The notes under the pieces are model-generated. The model worked only from the letters and a program-made list of their open reading frames with translations, was not told the DNA's origin and ran no database searches. Below, piece after piece: positions 46,773 to 56,911 of a stretch of DNA of 64,000 nt (positions are counted from its first letter, which is position 1; the number at the start of each line of letters is the position of its first letter). The translations under genes were made by a program, and so were the position numbers. Origin of the DNA: Thermoplasmata archaeon (lineage in GTDB: Archaea > Thermoplasmatota > Thermoplasmata > Lutacidiplasmatales > UBA184); the NCBI GenBank assembly GCA_021802125.1, contig JAKAAX010000004.1, positions 4,560 through 68,559 on the forward strand. Direction: 5' to 3'.

Positions 46773-47987
46773 ATGTCCCGGGACCTTCTCAGCGGGACCA
46801 TCGACGCCGTCGGAGTGCCCGACGAGGCGGCCCGGCAGGCCGCCCATGCCCGGTGGGCCATCCTTGCCACGGCGGAGGGCAGCCTCGGGCGCTTGCAGAC
46901 CCTGGGGGAGCAGCTCGCGGCGATCCGAGGGAACGAGCAGCCCACCTTTCATCACAAGTCGATCGTGGTCTTCGTCGCGGACCACGGGGTGACCGAGGAG
47001 GGCGTCTCCTCTCACCCGAAGGAGCTCACCGCAGCGATGCTCCAGAACCTCTTGGAGGGCGGTGCCGCCATCACCATCTTCGCACGCTTCCTGCGTGGGG
47101 ACCTGAACGTCGTCGACGTGGGCGTGGATGCCCCGTCCTTGCCCCCCCGCCACGGATTCTTCCCCCGAAAGGTGGCCCGCGGCACCCGGAACTTCGCCCG
47201 CGAGCCGGCCATGACCGCCTCGCAGGCCAGGGAGTCGGTGCGCGTCGGCATCGAGGTCGCGCTGAACCTGATCACCGCGGGCGCGGACCTCCTCGCCGTG
47301 GGGGACCTGGGGATCGGGAACACCACGTCGGCCTCCGCCGTCCTGGCGGCCCTCACCGGGCTACCGGTGGAGAAGCTCGTGGGGCAGGGGTCCGGCTCCA
47401 ACGACGACCTCGTGAAGCGCAAGGTGATGGTGATCTCGAGCGCCTTGGAACGTCACTCTCCTCGCCGAGAGGACCCCTGGGAGGTCCTGGAGTCCGTCGG
47501 CGGCTTCGAGATCGGAGCCATGGCCGGGGCCTACATCGCGGGCGCCTCGCGTCGCGTCCCGGTGATCGTCGATGGGCTCACCGCTTCCGCCGCCGCCCTC
47601 TTCGCGACCGCCATCTGCCCCCGGGTCCGTCCGTTCCTCGTGCCCTCGCACTCCTCGGAGGAGCCCGGGCACCTGATCGCCCTCGAGGCGTTGGGGCTCC
47701 AGCCCTACTTCGACTTCTCGACCCGGATGGGGGAAGGGACGAGCGCCGCCCTCCAGATGGGCCTCTGCGAGCTGGCGAGCCGCCTCTTGAGGGAGATGGC
47801 CACCGTCGAGGAGGTTGCGGCCGCCCGGCGCGACGCCATCGCCGCCGCCGCAGCCTCGCCCCCGCCGGGGGCGGGCCCGACCGACCCCTCCACCCCCTTC
47901 TCTGCCCCGCTGTCCTCCGATATCCCCCCGCCAGGTCCTGGCGCGCCAAGGACCCGCTCCTCTCCTCCTCCCGCTCTGGCCCGCTGA
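46773..47987 (+). CDS. cobT: Nicotinate-nucleotide--dimethylbenzimidazole phosphoribosyltransferase (bacterial type)
   Basis: GSLGRL, ADHGV, GGAAI, GTRNF..PAMT, GIGNTTSASA, VGGFEI, RMGEGT. Confidence 0.9.
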   Translation: MSRDLLSGTIDAVGVPDEAARQAAHARWAILATAEGSLGRLQTLGEQLAAIRGNEQPTFHHKSIVVFVADHGVTEEGVSSHPKELTAAMLQNLLEGGAAITIFARFLRGDLNVVDVGVDAPSLPPRHGFFPRKVARGTRNFAREPAMTASQARESVRVGIEVALNLITAGADLLAVGDLGIGNTTSASAVLAALTGLPVEKLVGQGSGSNDDLVKRKVMVISSALERHSPRREDPWEVLESVGGFEIGAMAGAYIAGASRRVPVIVDGLTASAAALFATAICPRVRPFLVPSHSSEEPGHLIALEALGLQPYFDFSTRMGEGTSAALQMGLCELASRLLREMATVEEVAAARRDAIAAAAASPPPGAGPTDPSTPFSAPLSSDIPPPGPGAPRTRSSPPPALAR

Positions 47988-47995
47988 ACGGCTTG

Positions 47996-48637
47996 GTGTC
48001 GGCCGTGGCCGGGGTCCCTGGAGCCGTCTCCTGCCAGACGCTCTACGCGCGGCTGAAGGCCGCGCCGCCCTGGGACGACCGGCCCGGGGGTTCCCATCGC
48101 GCCGTCGCGCCCATGACCGGGGAGGCCGCGGTACTTTCGCTCTTCCGTCGGAACCGGGGGCGGACCGAGGTCTTCCTCATCCGACGTGCCGAGCGGACGG
48201 GCGACCCGTGGTCGGGCAACATCGCATTCCCGGGGGGACGTCGTGACGCCGGTGATCCCGACATCCGCGCCACGGTCCTTCGAGAGGCCGAGGAGGAGGT
48301 GGGGCTCTCTCCCGGCGACCTGGTCGGGCCCCCGCTCCTGATCGGGACCCGCGCTCCGGCCAACCGCCCCTGGTTGCACGTGTCCGTCTTCGTGGACGTC
48401 CTTGCCGAGGAGGGAGGAGTTGGACCCACGGGCCGGAACGAGGAGGTGGCGGAGAGCTTCTGGGCGCCCATGGGGGAGCTCCACGAGTCGGACGCCCCCG
48501 TCGACGTCAACTCCTCGATCGGCCCGCTGAAGGTGGAGGCCCTCACGTTCCAGGGACGGATCGTGTGGGGGTTCACCCGAAGGGTCCTTCTGGACCTCAT
48601 CGAGACCTACGGGACGATCCTCTCGCTGCAGGGTTGA
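47996..48637 (+). CDS. Nudix hydrolase, CoA-pyrophosphatase-like (start uncertain: 47984, 47993, 47996 or 48113)
   Basis: AAVL, LIRRA...DPWSGNIAFPGG, LREAEEEVGL Nudix box, IVWGFT. Confidence 0.88.
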   Translation: MSAVAGVPGAVSCQTLYARLKAAPPWDDRPGGSHRAVAPMTGEAAVLSLFRRNRGRTEVFLIRRAERTGDPWSGNIAFPGGRRDAGDPDIRATVLREAEEEVGLSPGDLVGPPLLIGTRAPANRPWLHVSVFVDVLAEEGGVGPTGRNEEVAESFWAPMGELHESDAPVDVNSSIGPLKVEALTFQGRIVWGFTRRVLLDLIETYGTILSLQG

Positions 48638-48656
48638 AGCGCGGTCCGTCCGCGGC

Positions 48657-49280
48657 TCAGCTGGGGAGCGGCCGGCCGAGGGGGCTCGTGGACCGGTAGG
48701 TGGAGGTCACCTGGTTCGCCCGCCTCACCCCGTGGCGGAACGCGGCGTAGGTGATGAAAAAGGCCACAAGGACCGAGATGAGGAGGATGGCGACCAGGTT
48801 CACGTCGTCCTTGCGGCTTCCGCCGCGCAGGGTGGAGTAGGCGCTCCGGAAGCCTTCCGCGTAGATCGCGATGTCGAGGACCTCGGCGAAGACGTTCCAG
48901 GCGGAGATCGCGATCGTCCCGAAGGAGCGCTGGCGGTAGGCGACGGCGAGGGACTGGGCGGTGACCACCAGACCGAACCCGATGATCATCGCGCCGAAGA
49001 CGAGGAAGTCGAAGGCGAGGATGACGTTCAGCGAACCCGCCGTCAGGTAGCCCAGGTAGAACGAGAGGTAGCCCAGGACCACCATCATCACGTAGGACAT
49101 CCCGGCGAAGGCCAGGCCGAGGGCGGCGTAGGAGGCGTATCTGGGCAGCTTCGGCGCCGCCTGTCCTGGAGAGTTCTTCATCAGGGTCAGGGAGAAGCCC
49201 GACATGTAGGCGTTCCAGATCGAGATCGCGAAGTCCGCGATGAGGAAGATGACCAGGAGGAGGAGCCCGAGATCGACCAC
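48657..49280 (-). CDS. Hypothetical multi-pass membrane protein
   Basis: About 5 hydrophobic helices; ISIWNAY and ISAWNVF internal echo. Confidence 0.7.
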   Translation of the reverse strand: MVDLGLLLLVIFLIADFAISIWNAYMSGFSLTLMKNSPGQAAPKLPRYASYAALGLAFAGMSYVMMVVLGYLSFYLGYLTAGSLNVILAFDFLVFGAMIIGFGLVVTAQSLAVAYRQRSFGTIAISAWNVFAEVLDIAIYAEGFRSAYSTLRGGSRKDDVNLVAILLISVLVAFFITYAAFRHGVRRANQVTSTYRSTSPLGRPLPS

Positions 49281-49396
49281 GGGCCTTCCAGCGGTGCAGG
49301 GTTTTGAAGCCTGGCCCCGGGGTGGCAGGGGCGCGCTTCGGTGGCGCACGACCCCCCTTCCGGGGTCCGGGGGGGTCCGGTCCGCGTCGCCACAAC

Positions 49397-49419
49397 ATTT
49401 AAAAACCCACCCTTAAATA
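49397..49419. promoter_or_regulatory. Two TATA-like boxes (TTTAAAA, TTAAATA) upstream of tbp
   Basis: AT-rich islands in GC-rich DNA; TTAAATA at 49413 starts 27 nt before the tbp ATG. Confidence 0.6.
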
Positions 49420-49439
49420 CTCACGCGGGGCCGTTCGAG

Positions 49440-49988
49440 ATGGCAAAGATCCGTATCGAGAACGTCGTCGCGTCAACATCGCTCGGGGACGAACTTGACC
49501 TGCAGGCCATCGCCCTCGCGCTCGACGGCGCCGAGTACGAACCGGAGCAGTTCCCTGGGCTCATTTATCGTCTGAAGGAGCCCAAGACGGCGATCCTGCT
49601 CTTCCGCAGCGGGAAGGTCGTGTGCACCGGCGCGAAGAGCATGGCCGAGGTGGAGGAATCCATCCACAAGGTCGCCCAGCAGATCCGCAAGGCGGGCCAG
49701 AAGGTCAACACCCGTCCGAAGATCGAGGTCCAGAACATCGTCGCGTCCTCCGACCTGGAGTCGGAGATCAACCTCAACGCCATCGCCGTGACCCTCGGGC
49801 TCGAGCGCGTCGAGTACGAGCCGGAACAGTTCCCGGGTCTCGTCTGCCGGATCGACGAGCCTCGCGTCGTCGTGCTGCTCTTCGGGAGCGGCAAGCTGGT
49901 CTGCACGGGAGCGCGCAAGCCCTCGGACGTCGAGGTCGCGGTCCAGAAGATCACGAAGGAGCTGCAGGGCGCGGGACTGCTCCGCTGA
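49440..49988 (+). CDS. tbp: TATA-box-binding protein
   Basis: Two repeats of IENVVAS/VQNIVAS, EYEPEQFPGL, LF.SGK.VCTGA. Confidence 0.98.
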   Translation: MAKIRIENVVASTSLGDELDLQAIALALDGAEYEPEQFPGLIYRLKEPKTAILLFRSGKVVCTGAKSMAEVEESIHKVAQQIRKAGQKVNTRPKIEVQNIVASSDLESEINLNAIAVTLGLERVEYEPEQFPGLVCRIDEPRVVVLLFGSGKLVCTGARKPSDVEVAVQKITKELQGAGLLR

Positions 49989-50048
49989 GAGGACCGCCCC
50001 CCTCCCGACGGTCCGTCGTGGGCGAGGTCGCAGGGGTCGGCCCACCCT

Positions 50049-50957
50049 ATGGCCCCTGACGCGCGCCCCTTCCCGCTGCCCATCGTGGACCACCACGCGC
50101 ACCTTCGCCCCGGTCCGAGCGGGATAGCCGCCGCGCGAGCGTTCGCCGCCCACGGCGGGACCGACCTCTTCCTCGCGACCCAGAACTACCTCCCCCGACC
50201 TCCGAGGTCGCTCGAGGAGTACCGGGAGCAGTTCTCGACGACCGAGGCCCTCGCGAAGACGGTACGAGAGGAGACCGGCCTCCGCGTCTACGTGGTCCTG
50301 GCCCCCTACCCGATCGATCTGGTCCACGCGGTGCCCGACCTTCCGCTCGAGGAAGCTGAGGCACTGCAGACGCGCGCGCTCGAGCTCGCCTCCCACGAGG
50401 TCGTGGAGCACCGCGCCGTCGCCCTCGGGGAGGTCGGGCTCCCCCACTTCCCGACCGAACCGCCGGTGCTTGAAGCCCTGGAGCGCGTGCTCGAAGTGGC
50501 GCTGCGACTGGCCAAGGAGGTGGGGTGTCCGGCGGTGCTGCACACCGACGACCTCGACGCGGCCGGGTATCGTCGGCTCGCCGAGAGGGGAGCTCATTGC
50601 GGTCTCGCCCCGCAACGCATGGTCAAGCACTACGCCCGTACCTACCTTCCCCCGGAAGAACGATCGGGGTTGACCGCTTCCTTCCTGGCCAAACGCGACC
50701 TGGTCCGACAGGCCCTTCGCGATCCCGGTCCGTGGTTCCTCGAGACGGATTTCCTGGACGACCCGACGAGACCCGGGGTGGCGTTGCCGCTGGATACCGT
50801 CCCGCGACGTGCACGGGCGCTCTGGACCAACCCCGCCCTACCCGGTGTGGACACCGAGGCCGCGCTCCGGGTACCCTTCGTTGAAGCGCCCCAGCAGATC
50901 TACGGTCTCGACCTCGCCCGCGAGACACCCTTCGTCTTCCGGGAGGGAGGGGCATGA
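50049..50957 (+). CDS. Archaeal TatD-family metallohydrolase
   Basis: DHHAHL, ALGEVGLPHF, VLHT, VKHY, LETDFLDDPTRPG. Confidence 0.88.
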   Translation: MAPDARPFPLPIVDHHAHLRPGPSGIAAARAFAAHGGTDLFLATQNYLPRPPRSLEEYREQFSTTEALAKTVREETGLRVYVVLAPYPIDLVHAVPDLPLEEAEALQTRALELASHEVVEHRAVALGEVGLPHFPTEPPVLEALERVLEVALRLAKEVGCPAVLHTDDLDAAGYRRLAERGAHCGLAPQRMVKHYARTYLPPEERSGLTASFLAKRDLVRQALRDPGPWFLETDFLDDPTRPGVALPLDTVPRRARALWTNPALPGVDTEAALRVPFVEAPQQIYGLDLARETPFVFREGGA

Positions 50958-51634
50958 GCCCAAGCCCGCGGAGCCCAGGCAGGACAGCCCGCCCTCGTCC
51001 CTCGGGGAGGCTCGTGGCCGTCGAGGGCATCGATGGGACGGGAAAGACCACCTTGATGTCGCAACTCCTCCGGGCCCTTCGCTCTCGTGGGTGGAAGGTG
51101 GCGCGGTGGCAGGAGCCTTCGGACGGTCCCCTGGGCCGCGCGGCGCGCGAGGCCTCCGGGAGCGATCCGGCCCAGGCCGCGCTGCTCTTCACGCTCGATC
51201 GAGGCTCCGAGCGGGCCCGGCTCGAGAAGATCCTCCAGAAGAGCGACCTGGTCCTCTCGGATCGATCTTTCTACTCGACGCTCGCCTACCAGGGGAGCGT
51301 GCTCTCCCCTCGCGAGCGAAGGGGTCTGGAGACGTTGCAGCGCGTGGTCGCACGGCGCCCCGACCTGGTCCTGTGGTTGGACCTCACTCCGGCGCGGGCG
51401 ATGGAGAGGATCTCCTCACGCGGCGCGGTCCGCTCACCGCTGGAGCGGTTGGGGACCCTGCGAAGGGTCTCGGGAGCCTACCGGTGGTACGCACGTTCGG
51501 AGAGGCGGCGGTTCGTCCGCCTGGACGCCTCGCGACCCCCCGAAGAGGTGTGCGCGGCGGCCCAGAAGGCCATCCTCGCGCGCTGGAAGGCCCCGAGAAG
51601 GGGGAAGGCGGGACCCCGAGGCGCGAGGCTTTAG
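50954..51634 (+). CDS. tmk: Thymidylate kinase
   Basis: VEGIDGTGKTT, EP, LLFTLDR, SDR..YSTLAYQ, PDLVLWLD. Confidence 0.92.
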   Translation: MSPSPRSPGRTARPRPSGRLVAVEGIDGTGKTTLMSQLLRALRSRGWKVARWQEPSDGPLGRAAREASGSDPAQAALLFTLDRGSERARLEKILQKSDLVLSDRSFYSTLAYQGSVLSPRERRGLETLQRVVARRPDLVLWLDLTPARAMERISSRGAVRSPLERLGTLRRVSGAYRWYARSERRRFVRLDASRPPEEVCAAAQKAILARWKAPRRGKAGPRGARL

Positions 51635-51676
51635 ACCCAGGCGGTCCTGTCGACCTTCGCACACGAGCCAAGAACC

Positions 51677-52834
51677 ATGCCGGAAGGGATCATCCTCCGA
51701 GAGGAGACGCTCGACGCCTCCTACCTTCCCCCCTCGCTCCCTCACCGCGAGAAGGAGCTCGCGCTGCTCCGGGAGCGCTTCGCCCGCTCGATGGACGCCG
51801 GCCAGGGGTGGAGCCAGCTCCTGACCGGAGGGATCGGGAGCGGGAAGACCGCGCTCGCCCGGGCCCTGGGTCGGGAGCTCGCCAACCGACGGCAGCGCAA
51901 GGACAGCGCCGCGGGCGTGAAGGAGATCTACGTGAACTGCTGGCGGCGGAACACCGACCGCGCCGTCGTCCTCGAGATGCTGAACGCGGTGGACCGTCCG
52001 GTGCCGGACCGGGGGTTCTCTGTGTCCGAGATGCTCGACACGTTCGAGAAGGGGCTGCGGGAGGTCCCCTCCCCCACCCTGGTGATCCTGGACGAGGTCA
52101 GCGTCCTGCTGAAGGGCGGAAGCAAGCTCGTCTACATGCTGACCCGGGGCCGCGAGGTCGGGCTCGGGCCGCTCTCGCTCCTGCTCATCGCCCCGCGCGA
52201 CGTCCTTCCCTACCTGGACGCGGCCAGCCGGAGCGGCTTCGGGGTGACCCACCGACTCCAGCTGCCGAAGTACCTCCGAGAGCCGCTGACGGACATCGTG
52301 CTGGCCCGCGGCGCGCTCGCCCTCCGACCCGGTTCCCTCTCTCGCGAGGTGGCCGAGCAGATCGCGCGCGTGGCGGAGCCGCAGGGGGACGCCCGTCTGG
52401 CCCTCGAGCTCCTCTCCGGCTCCGCGCACCGCGCCGAGGAGCGGGGGGCCCGCGAGCTCACCCCCGAGGACGTTCGCTGGGCGAAGGCCTCGACCTACCC
52501 CACGATGACGGAGGAGAAACTGGACGGGCTCTCCCCCCCCTCCCTCCTGGTCCTGCTGGCCCTCGCGCGGACGCTTCGTGCGCCAGGAACCTGGGTGCGG
52601 ATGGAGAAGGTCCGGAAGGCCTACGGTTCGGCCTCCGAGGAGTACGGGCTCCCGGCCGGGAGCAGGGTCACTTTCTGGAGGATGGTCAAGGCGCTGGAGC
52701 AGGAGGGTCTGCTCGAGATGGAGTACACGCGACCCGGCGCGCCTGCCAAACTGACCCAGGACGAGATCCCCGCAAGCCTCCTCGAACTCGTCCTCCAGGA
52801 ACGCCTGGCGCGTCCGTCCTCGGCCCAAAGTTAA
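51677..52834 (+). CDS. Orc1/Cdc6-family AAA+ ATPase (divergent)
   Basis: LDASYLP.SLPHREKE, GGIGSGKT, YVNC, ILDEV, GDARLALELL, C-terminal winged helix. Confidence 0.85.
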   Translation: MPEGIILREETLDASYLPPSLPHREKELALLRERFARSMDAGQGWSQLLTGGIGSGKTALARALGRELANRRQRKDSAAGVKEIYVNCWRRNTDRAVVLEMLNAVDRPVPDRGFSVSEMLDTFEKGLREVPSPTLVILDEVSVLLKGGSKLVYMLTRGREVGLGPLSLLLIAPRDVLPYLDAASRSGFGVTHRLQLPKYLREPLTDIVLARGALALRPGSLSREVAEQIARVAEPQGDARLALELLSGSAHRAEERGARELTPEDVRWAKASTYPTMTEEKLDGLSPPSLLVLLALARTLRAPGTWVRMEKVRKAYGSASEEYGLPAGSRVTFWRMVKALEQEGLLEMEYTRPGAPAKLTQDEIPASLLELVLQERLARPSSAQS

Positions 52835-55333
52835 ATGGCCAAGGCCCTGTGGCCAACGCCGATGACCAGCAGCCGCCGGGGATTTGCCACGCACTCGGGG
52901 TCGCACGGTAGCCCGGGGGGCCGGCCCAGGAAGACGGAGCCAGCCTCTCAGAGCGCTCCCGGGCAGGCACCACCATCCGAGGGGGCGCCTGCGGCCACGT
53001 CCTCGACCCCGGCGTCCGGCGCCCCGGACCCCCTCGCACCCATCCGGGAGCTGAGGGCGGAGGGGCAGTTCGAGCAGGCCCTGAGCCAGGTCGACCTCAT
53101 GGTCCGCGCCTCTCCTCACGACGCCCTGGCCCGCGAGCAGCGCGGTCTCGTTCTCCTCGAACTCCGACGGGCCAGCGAGGCTCTGAGCGAGCTCGACCAG
53201 GCCCTGTCGCTGCGGTCCGACCTCGCGGCGGCGCACGCCGCGCGGGGGGATGCCCTCCGCGTGCTGGGCGACAAGGAACGGGCGCTGTGGGCCTACGCGA
53301 AGGCGCTCCAGCTCGTTCCCGGCTCGGAGGCCTGGCGCAAGGCCCGGCGCGAGACCGCGGCGGAGTTCATGGGGATGGACCCCAACCTCGACTCCCACAC
53401 CCTCGCCATGGAGGCCATGCGCAGGGGACAACGGGGGCTCGCGGTCGAGCTCTCGGAGGAGGCTCTCTCGAACGGGGAGACCGACCCGGAGGCGTGGAGG
53501 GAGGATGCGCGGCAGCTCAAGCAGGAGAAGCTCTACGACGACCTGCTCACCCGGGCCAGGGCGAGGCTGGCCCGCTTCTCCGGAGACCCCGTTGCCCAGG
53601 CCTACCTGGGCTACGCCCTCTTCGGCAAGGAGGATTGGAAGGGCTGCCTCGAGCCTCTGACCGCCGCGGCGCGCGACCCGAAGGAGCGACGCGAGGTCAC
53701 GCTCTGCCGCGCCCGTGCCCTCTACCGGCTCAAGCGCGAGGAAGAGGCCACGCCCCTCGTCGACGGGCTCCTGGCGGAGGACGTTGACGACATGGATCTC
53801 CTCCGGATGGCCCTCTCCTCCCCCTGGGCGAGGCAGAGGCCCTTCCCGGCGCTCAAGGGAGCCCACCGCCTGGTCCTGAAGTTCCCCAAGGACCCGGAGA
53901 CCTGGCGGGCGCTCGTCGTCGCCTCCTTCCGCGTGGGCCACTACGCGGAGACCGCCGAAGCGGCCGGCAAGGTCCGCGCCCTCGACCCCAAGCAGGTGGG
54001 GGTGGCGCTCCCGCAGGCGATCGCGCTCGCACGGCTGGGACACCTCGACCAAGCGGCCCAGCTCCTCGAGGATTACCTGAAAGAGGACGCGGAGCACCCG
54101 GAGGCCTGGAGAGAGCTCGGGCTCATCCTCCACCGTCAAAAGAAGCTCCCCGAGGCCGAGGCCGCGCTGAAGAAGGCGGTCGAGCTGGACCCCGACCACG
54201 TCGGAGCCCGGATGGCCCTCGCGACGTTGCTCTCCAAGCTCTCGAAGGACGAGCAGGCCGAGGCGGAGTTCCTGGAGGTCACCCGCCGCGATCCCAAGAA
54301 CGTCGAGGCCTTCTACGACCTCGGGGTCGTACGCCAGAAGCTCGAGAAGGACGCGCTCGCGGTGGAAGCGTTCCAGGCCGCGCTGGCGCGCGACCGGTCC
54401 CACGTGAACGCCGCTTCGAACCTCGCTGTCGTCCTGGCGAAGGGGAAGCGGTACGACGAGGCGGCCAAGGAACTGGAGGCCACGCTTGCCTTCCGTCCCG
54501 ACGCCAAGGACCTCAACTTCAACCTGGGCCAGGTCTACCTGCTCCAGGGCCGGTCGGACGAGGCCTATCTCCAGTTCAAGCGGGCCCACCGGCTCGATCC
54601 CTTCGACTACGAGAGCTGGAACCACCGGGGCGCGGCGCTCTCGAAGATGCACCGCATCGACGAGCGGAGCGCGGAGGGGTGGATGGCCCTGGGCCGGGGG
54701 TTCCTCCGGCGTCAGGGGTTCTCGGAGGCGCACGAGTGCTTCCGCCGCGCGCTCGAGCTCGACCCGCAGAACGAGGAGGCGAAGCGCCTGCGTGCGGAGA
54801 GCCTGTCCTCCGTCTACGGGGTCGCTCCGACCGCGACGGAGGAGTGGCTGCAGACCTCTCGCATGCTGGTGGAGATGCACCAGTTCGCAGATGCGCTGGA
54901 CGCGCTCTCGGTGGTCCTGATGCTCGAACCGGAACAGCCGCAGGCCCGTGTGCTCACCGGCCGTGCCCTCCTCTCCCTGGGGAAGGCGCAGGTCGCGGTC
55001 CACCAGGCCGACCTGGCCCTCCGCTCGGAGAAGGACAACGCGGGGGCCTGGGCGCTCAAGGGGGAGGCGCTGCTGGAGCTCCAGAAGCCCGCGGAAGCCT
55101 TGACCTGCTTCGACTGGCTCTTGGAGCACGGATCGAAGGACCCCGCCGTCCACACGTTCCGAGGTGTCGCGCTGGCGGCCCTGGGGCGCGGGGAAGACGC
55201 GGTGAAGGCGTTCGACGACGCGCTCAAGCGCGACCCTCACTTCCGTGAGGCGTGGCACCACAAGGGTGTCGAGCTCGAGAAGGAAGGCCACTACGAGCGG
55301 GCGGCCGAGGCCTTCACCAAGGGCTTCAGCTGA
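52835..55333 (+). CDS. Tetratricopeptide repeat protein
   Basis: Many canonical TPRs (AWRELG..L...EAEAALKKAVELDP; AFYDLG; AWHHKG). Confidence 0.9.
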   Translation: MAKALWPTPMTSSRRGFATHSGSHGSPGGRPRKTEPASQSAPGQAPPSEGAPAATSSTPASGAPDPLAPIRELRAEGQFEQALSQVDLMVRASPHDALAREQRGLVLLELRRASEALSELDQALSLRSDLAAAHAARGDALRVLGDKERALWAYAKALQLVPGSEAWRKARRETAAEFMGMDPNLDSHTLAMEAMRRGQRGLAVELSEEALSNGETDPEAWREDARQLKQEKLYDDLLTRARARLARFSGDPVAQAYLGYALFGKEDWKGCLEPLTAAARDPKERREVTLCRARALYRLKREEEATPLVDGLLAEDVDDMDLLRMALSSPWARQRPFPALKGAHRLVLKFPKDPETWRALVVASFRVGHYAETAEAAGKVRALDPKQVGVALPQAIALARLGHLDQAAQLLEDYLKEDAEHPEAWRELGLILHRQKKLPEAEAALKKAVELDPDHVGARMALATLLSKLSKDEQAEAEFLEVTRRDPKNVEAFYDLGVVRQKLEKDALAVEAFQAALARDRSHVNAASNLAVVLAKGKRYDEAAKELEATLAFRPDAKDLNFNLGQVYLLQGRSDEAYLQFKRAHRLDPFDYESWNHRGAALSKMHRIDERSAEGWMALGRGFLRRQGFSEAHECFRRALELDPQNEEAKRLRAESLSSVYGVAPTATEEWLQTSRMLVEMHQFADALDALSVVLMLEPEQPQARVLTGRALLSLGKAQVAVHQADLALRSEKDNAGAWALKGEALLELQKPAEALTCFDWLLEHGSKDPAVHTFRGVALAALGRGEDAVKAFDDALKRDPHFREAWHHKGVELEKEGHYERAAEAFTKGFS

Positions 55334-55481
55334 GGAGAACGCGGCGGGGGGGGACCCCCTGTGCCACCTCCCAGTCCACCTCCAGGTCCACTCCCAGCCC
55401 AGTTCCTGAGGTCGGGCGACGACCCTCCCTGCGGCCGTCGGCCCCGGGCCCTGGTCTGAAGGGGGGTGAGAGGGAGGCTTG

Positions 55482-56417
55482 ATGCGACAGGCCCGCTCGG
55501 TACCTCGGATGAGCGAGTCGCTGGTGCAGCTGGTCCCGGGGTCCAGGCTCCCACCCTGGATTCGGATGTCGCTCCCGCGCGAGCAGTACCCGCGTGTGCG
55601 GACCCTCCTTCAGGAGCAGAGGCTCTCCACCGTCTGCCGCGAGGCCCGCTGTCCGAACCTCACGGAGTGCTGGTCCGCGGGGACCGCCACGCTCATGCTC
55701 CTGGGGGACACCTGCACGCGCCGCTGCTCGTTCTGTGCGGTCACGACACGGTCCCAGGGCGGACACTTGGACGAGACCGAACCGGACCGCGTCGCCCGGG
55801 CGGTGGACGACTGGGGTCTTTCCTACGTGGTCCTGACCCAGGTCTGCCGAGACGATCTCTCGGACCAGGGGGCGGGGGCGCTCGCCCGCACGGTCCGGGC
55901 GATCCACGAGAGGCGGCCGAAGGTCCGGGTCGAGGTCCTCGCCTGCGACCTCGGGGGATCGGAGGACGCCGTCGGAACGGTACTGGGCTCCAAGCCCGAG
56001 GTGTTCGCGCACAACCTGGAGACCGTGCGTCGGCTATCCCCCGAGGTCCGCGACCGTCGGGCGGCCTACGACCTCTCTCTCAGGACGCTGCGGCTCGCGA
56101 AGGAGATCGGGCCCCGCGCGCGCCTGACGAAGTCTTCGCTCATGCTCGGTCTGGGCGAGGAGCGCGCCGAGGTCGTTGAGGCGATGTCGGACCTCCGCCG
56201 GGCGGGGGTCGACCTCCTGACGCTCGGGCAGTACCTAAGGCCGGGAGGGGACCGGTTCCGTCAGGTCTCACGGTACGTGTCCCCGGAGGAATTCGCAGAC
56301 CTGGCGGCGGAGGCGCGCCGCATGGGCTTCCTTGGAGTGGCGTCCGGGCCGCTGGTGCGCTCCTCCTACCGCGCCGACGAGCTTTTTGAGCGCGCGACCT
56401 CGGTCAGGGGGGACTGA
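55482..56417 (+). CDS. lipA: Lipoyl synthase
   Basis: CREARCPNLTEC auxiliary-cluster motif, CTRRCSFC, HNLETV, LGQYLRP, VRSSYRA. Confidence 0.96.
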   Translation: MRQARSVPRMSESLVQLVPGSRLPPWIRMSLPREQYPRVRTLLQEQRLSTVCREARCPNLTECWSAGTATLMLLGDTCTRRCSFCAVTTRSQGGHLDETEPDRVARAVDDWGLSYVVLTQVCRDDLSDQGAGALARTVRAIHERRPKVRVEVLACDLGGSEDAVGTVLGSKPEVFAHNLETVRRLSPEVRDRRAAYDLSLRTLRLAKEIGPRARLTKSSLMLGLGEERAEVVEAMSDLRRAGVDLLTLGQYLRPGGDRFRQVSRYVSPEEFADLAAEARRMGFLGVASGPLVRSSYRADELFERATSVRGD

Positions 56418-56419
56418 AG

Positions 56420-56806
56420 ATGGCGAAGAAGGTCCGCAAACGCCTGGAAGAGGACCAGAAGGTCAAGGAGTTCCAGTTCCCGCACTTTGACGCCCGGGGC
56501 TTCATCCAGCACGAGCTGGAACAGTCCTACGCGACCGCGGTCTCCCTCACCTTCGCGCTGATCTTAGCCGTGGTCTCCTGGCAGCTCACGGCGATGGGAC
56601 TCGCGAACTCGACCGTGGGTGTCCTGCCCTTCGCGCTCGGTTCGCTGGCCCTGGGCGCCGCGGGGGGTGTCGGGATGTCCCTGGTGATCCGACGCTTCCG
56701 ACCCAAGGCGGAGGAGTACAAGCGGGGAGACTGGGTGGGGCTCATCATGACCTACGTCTTCCTCTGGGCGGGGATCTGGGCCCTCCTCGTCAACGTCTGG
56801 GGCTGA
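56420..56806 (+). CDS. Small 3-TM membrane protein
   Basis: MAKK..FQFPHFD..FI..E N-terminus, 3 TM, W.G.W.LL.N end. Confidence 0.75.
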   Translation: MAKKVRKRLEEDQKVKEFQFPHFDARGFIQHELEQSYATAVSLTFALILAVVSWQLTAMGLANSTVGVLPFALGSLALGAAGGVGMSLVIRRFRPKAEEYKRGDWVGLIMTYVFLWAGIWALLVNVWG

Positions 56807-56911
56807 TCTCGCCCGGGAAGCCCGCGACGAGCCGACGACGCGGGCCGCGTCCCACCCGTACGGGGGGCTCGCGGTCGCCTTCCACCGGTCGGCCGACGGG
56901 AGATCGGCGCG

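Noticed and set aside
46493-47983. Long N-terminal extension of the Nudix ORF (714 aa)
   Set aside because: Alternative frame over cobT with R/P/G-rich non-protein-like composition
51434-55291. 1285-aa minus-strand ORF
   Set aside because: Antisense shadow of the tmk, cdc6 and TPR genes, typical of high-GC codon usage, with no motifs
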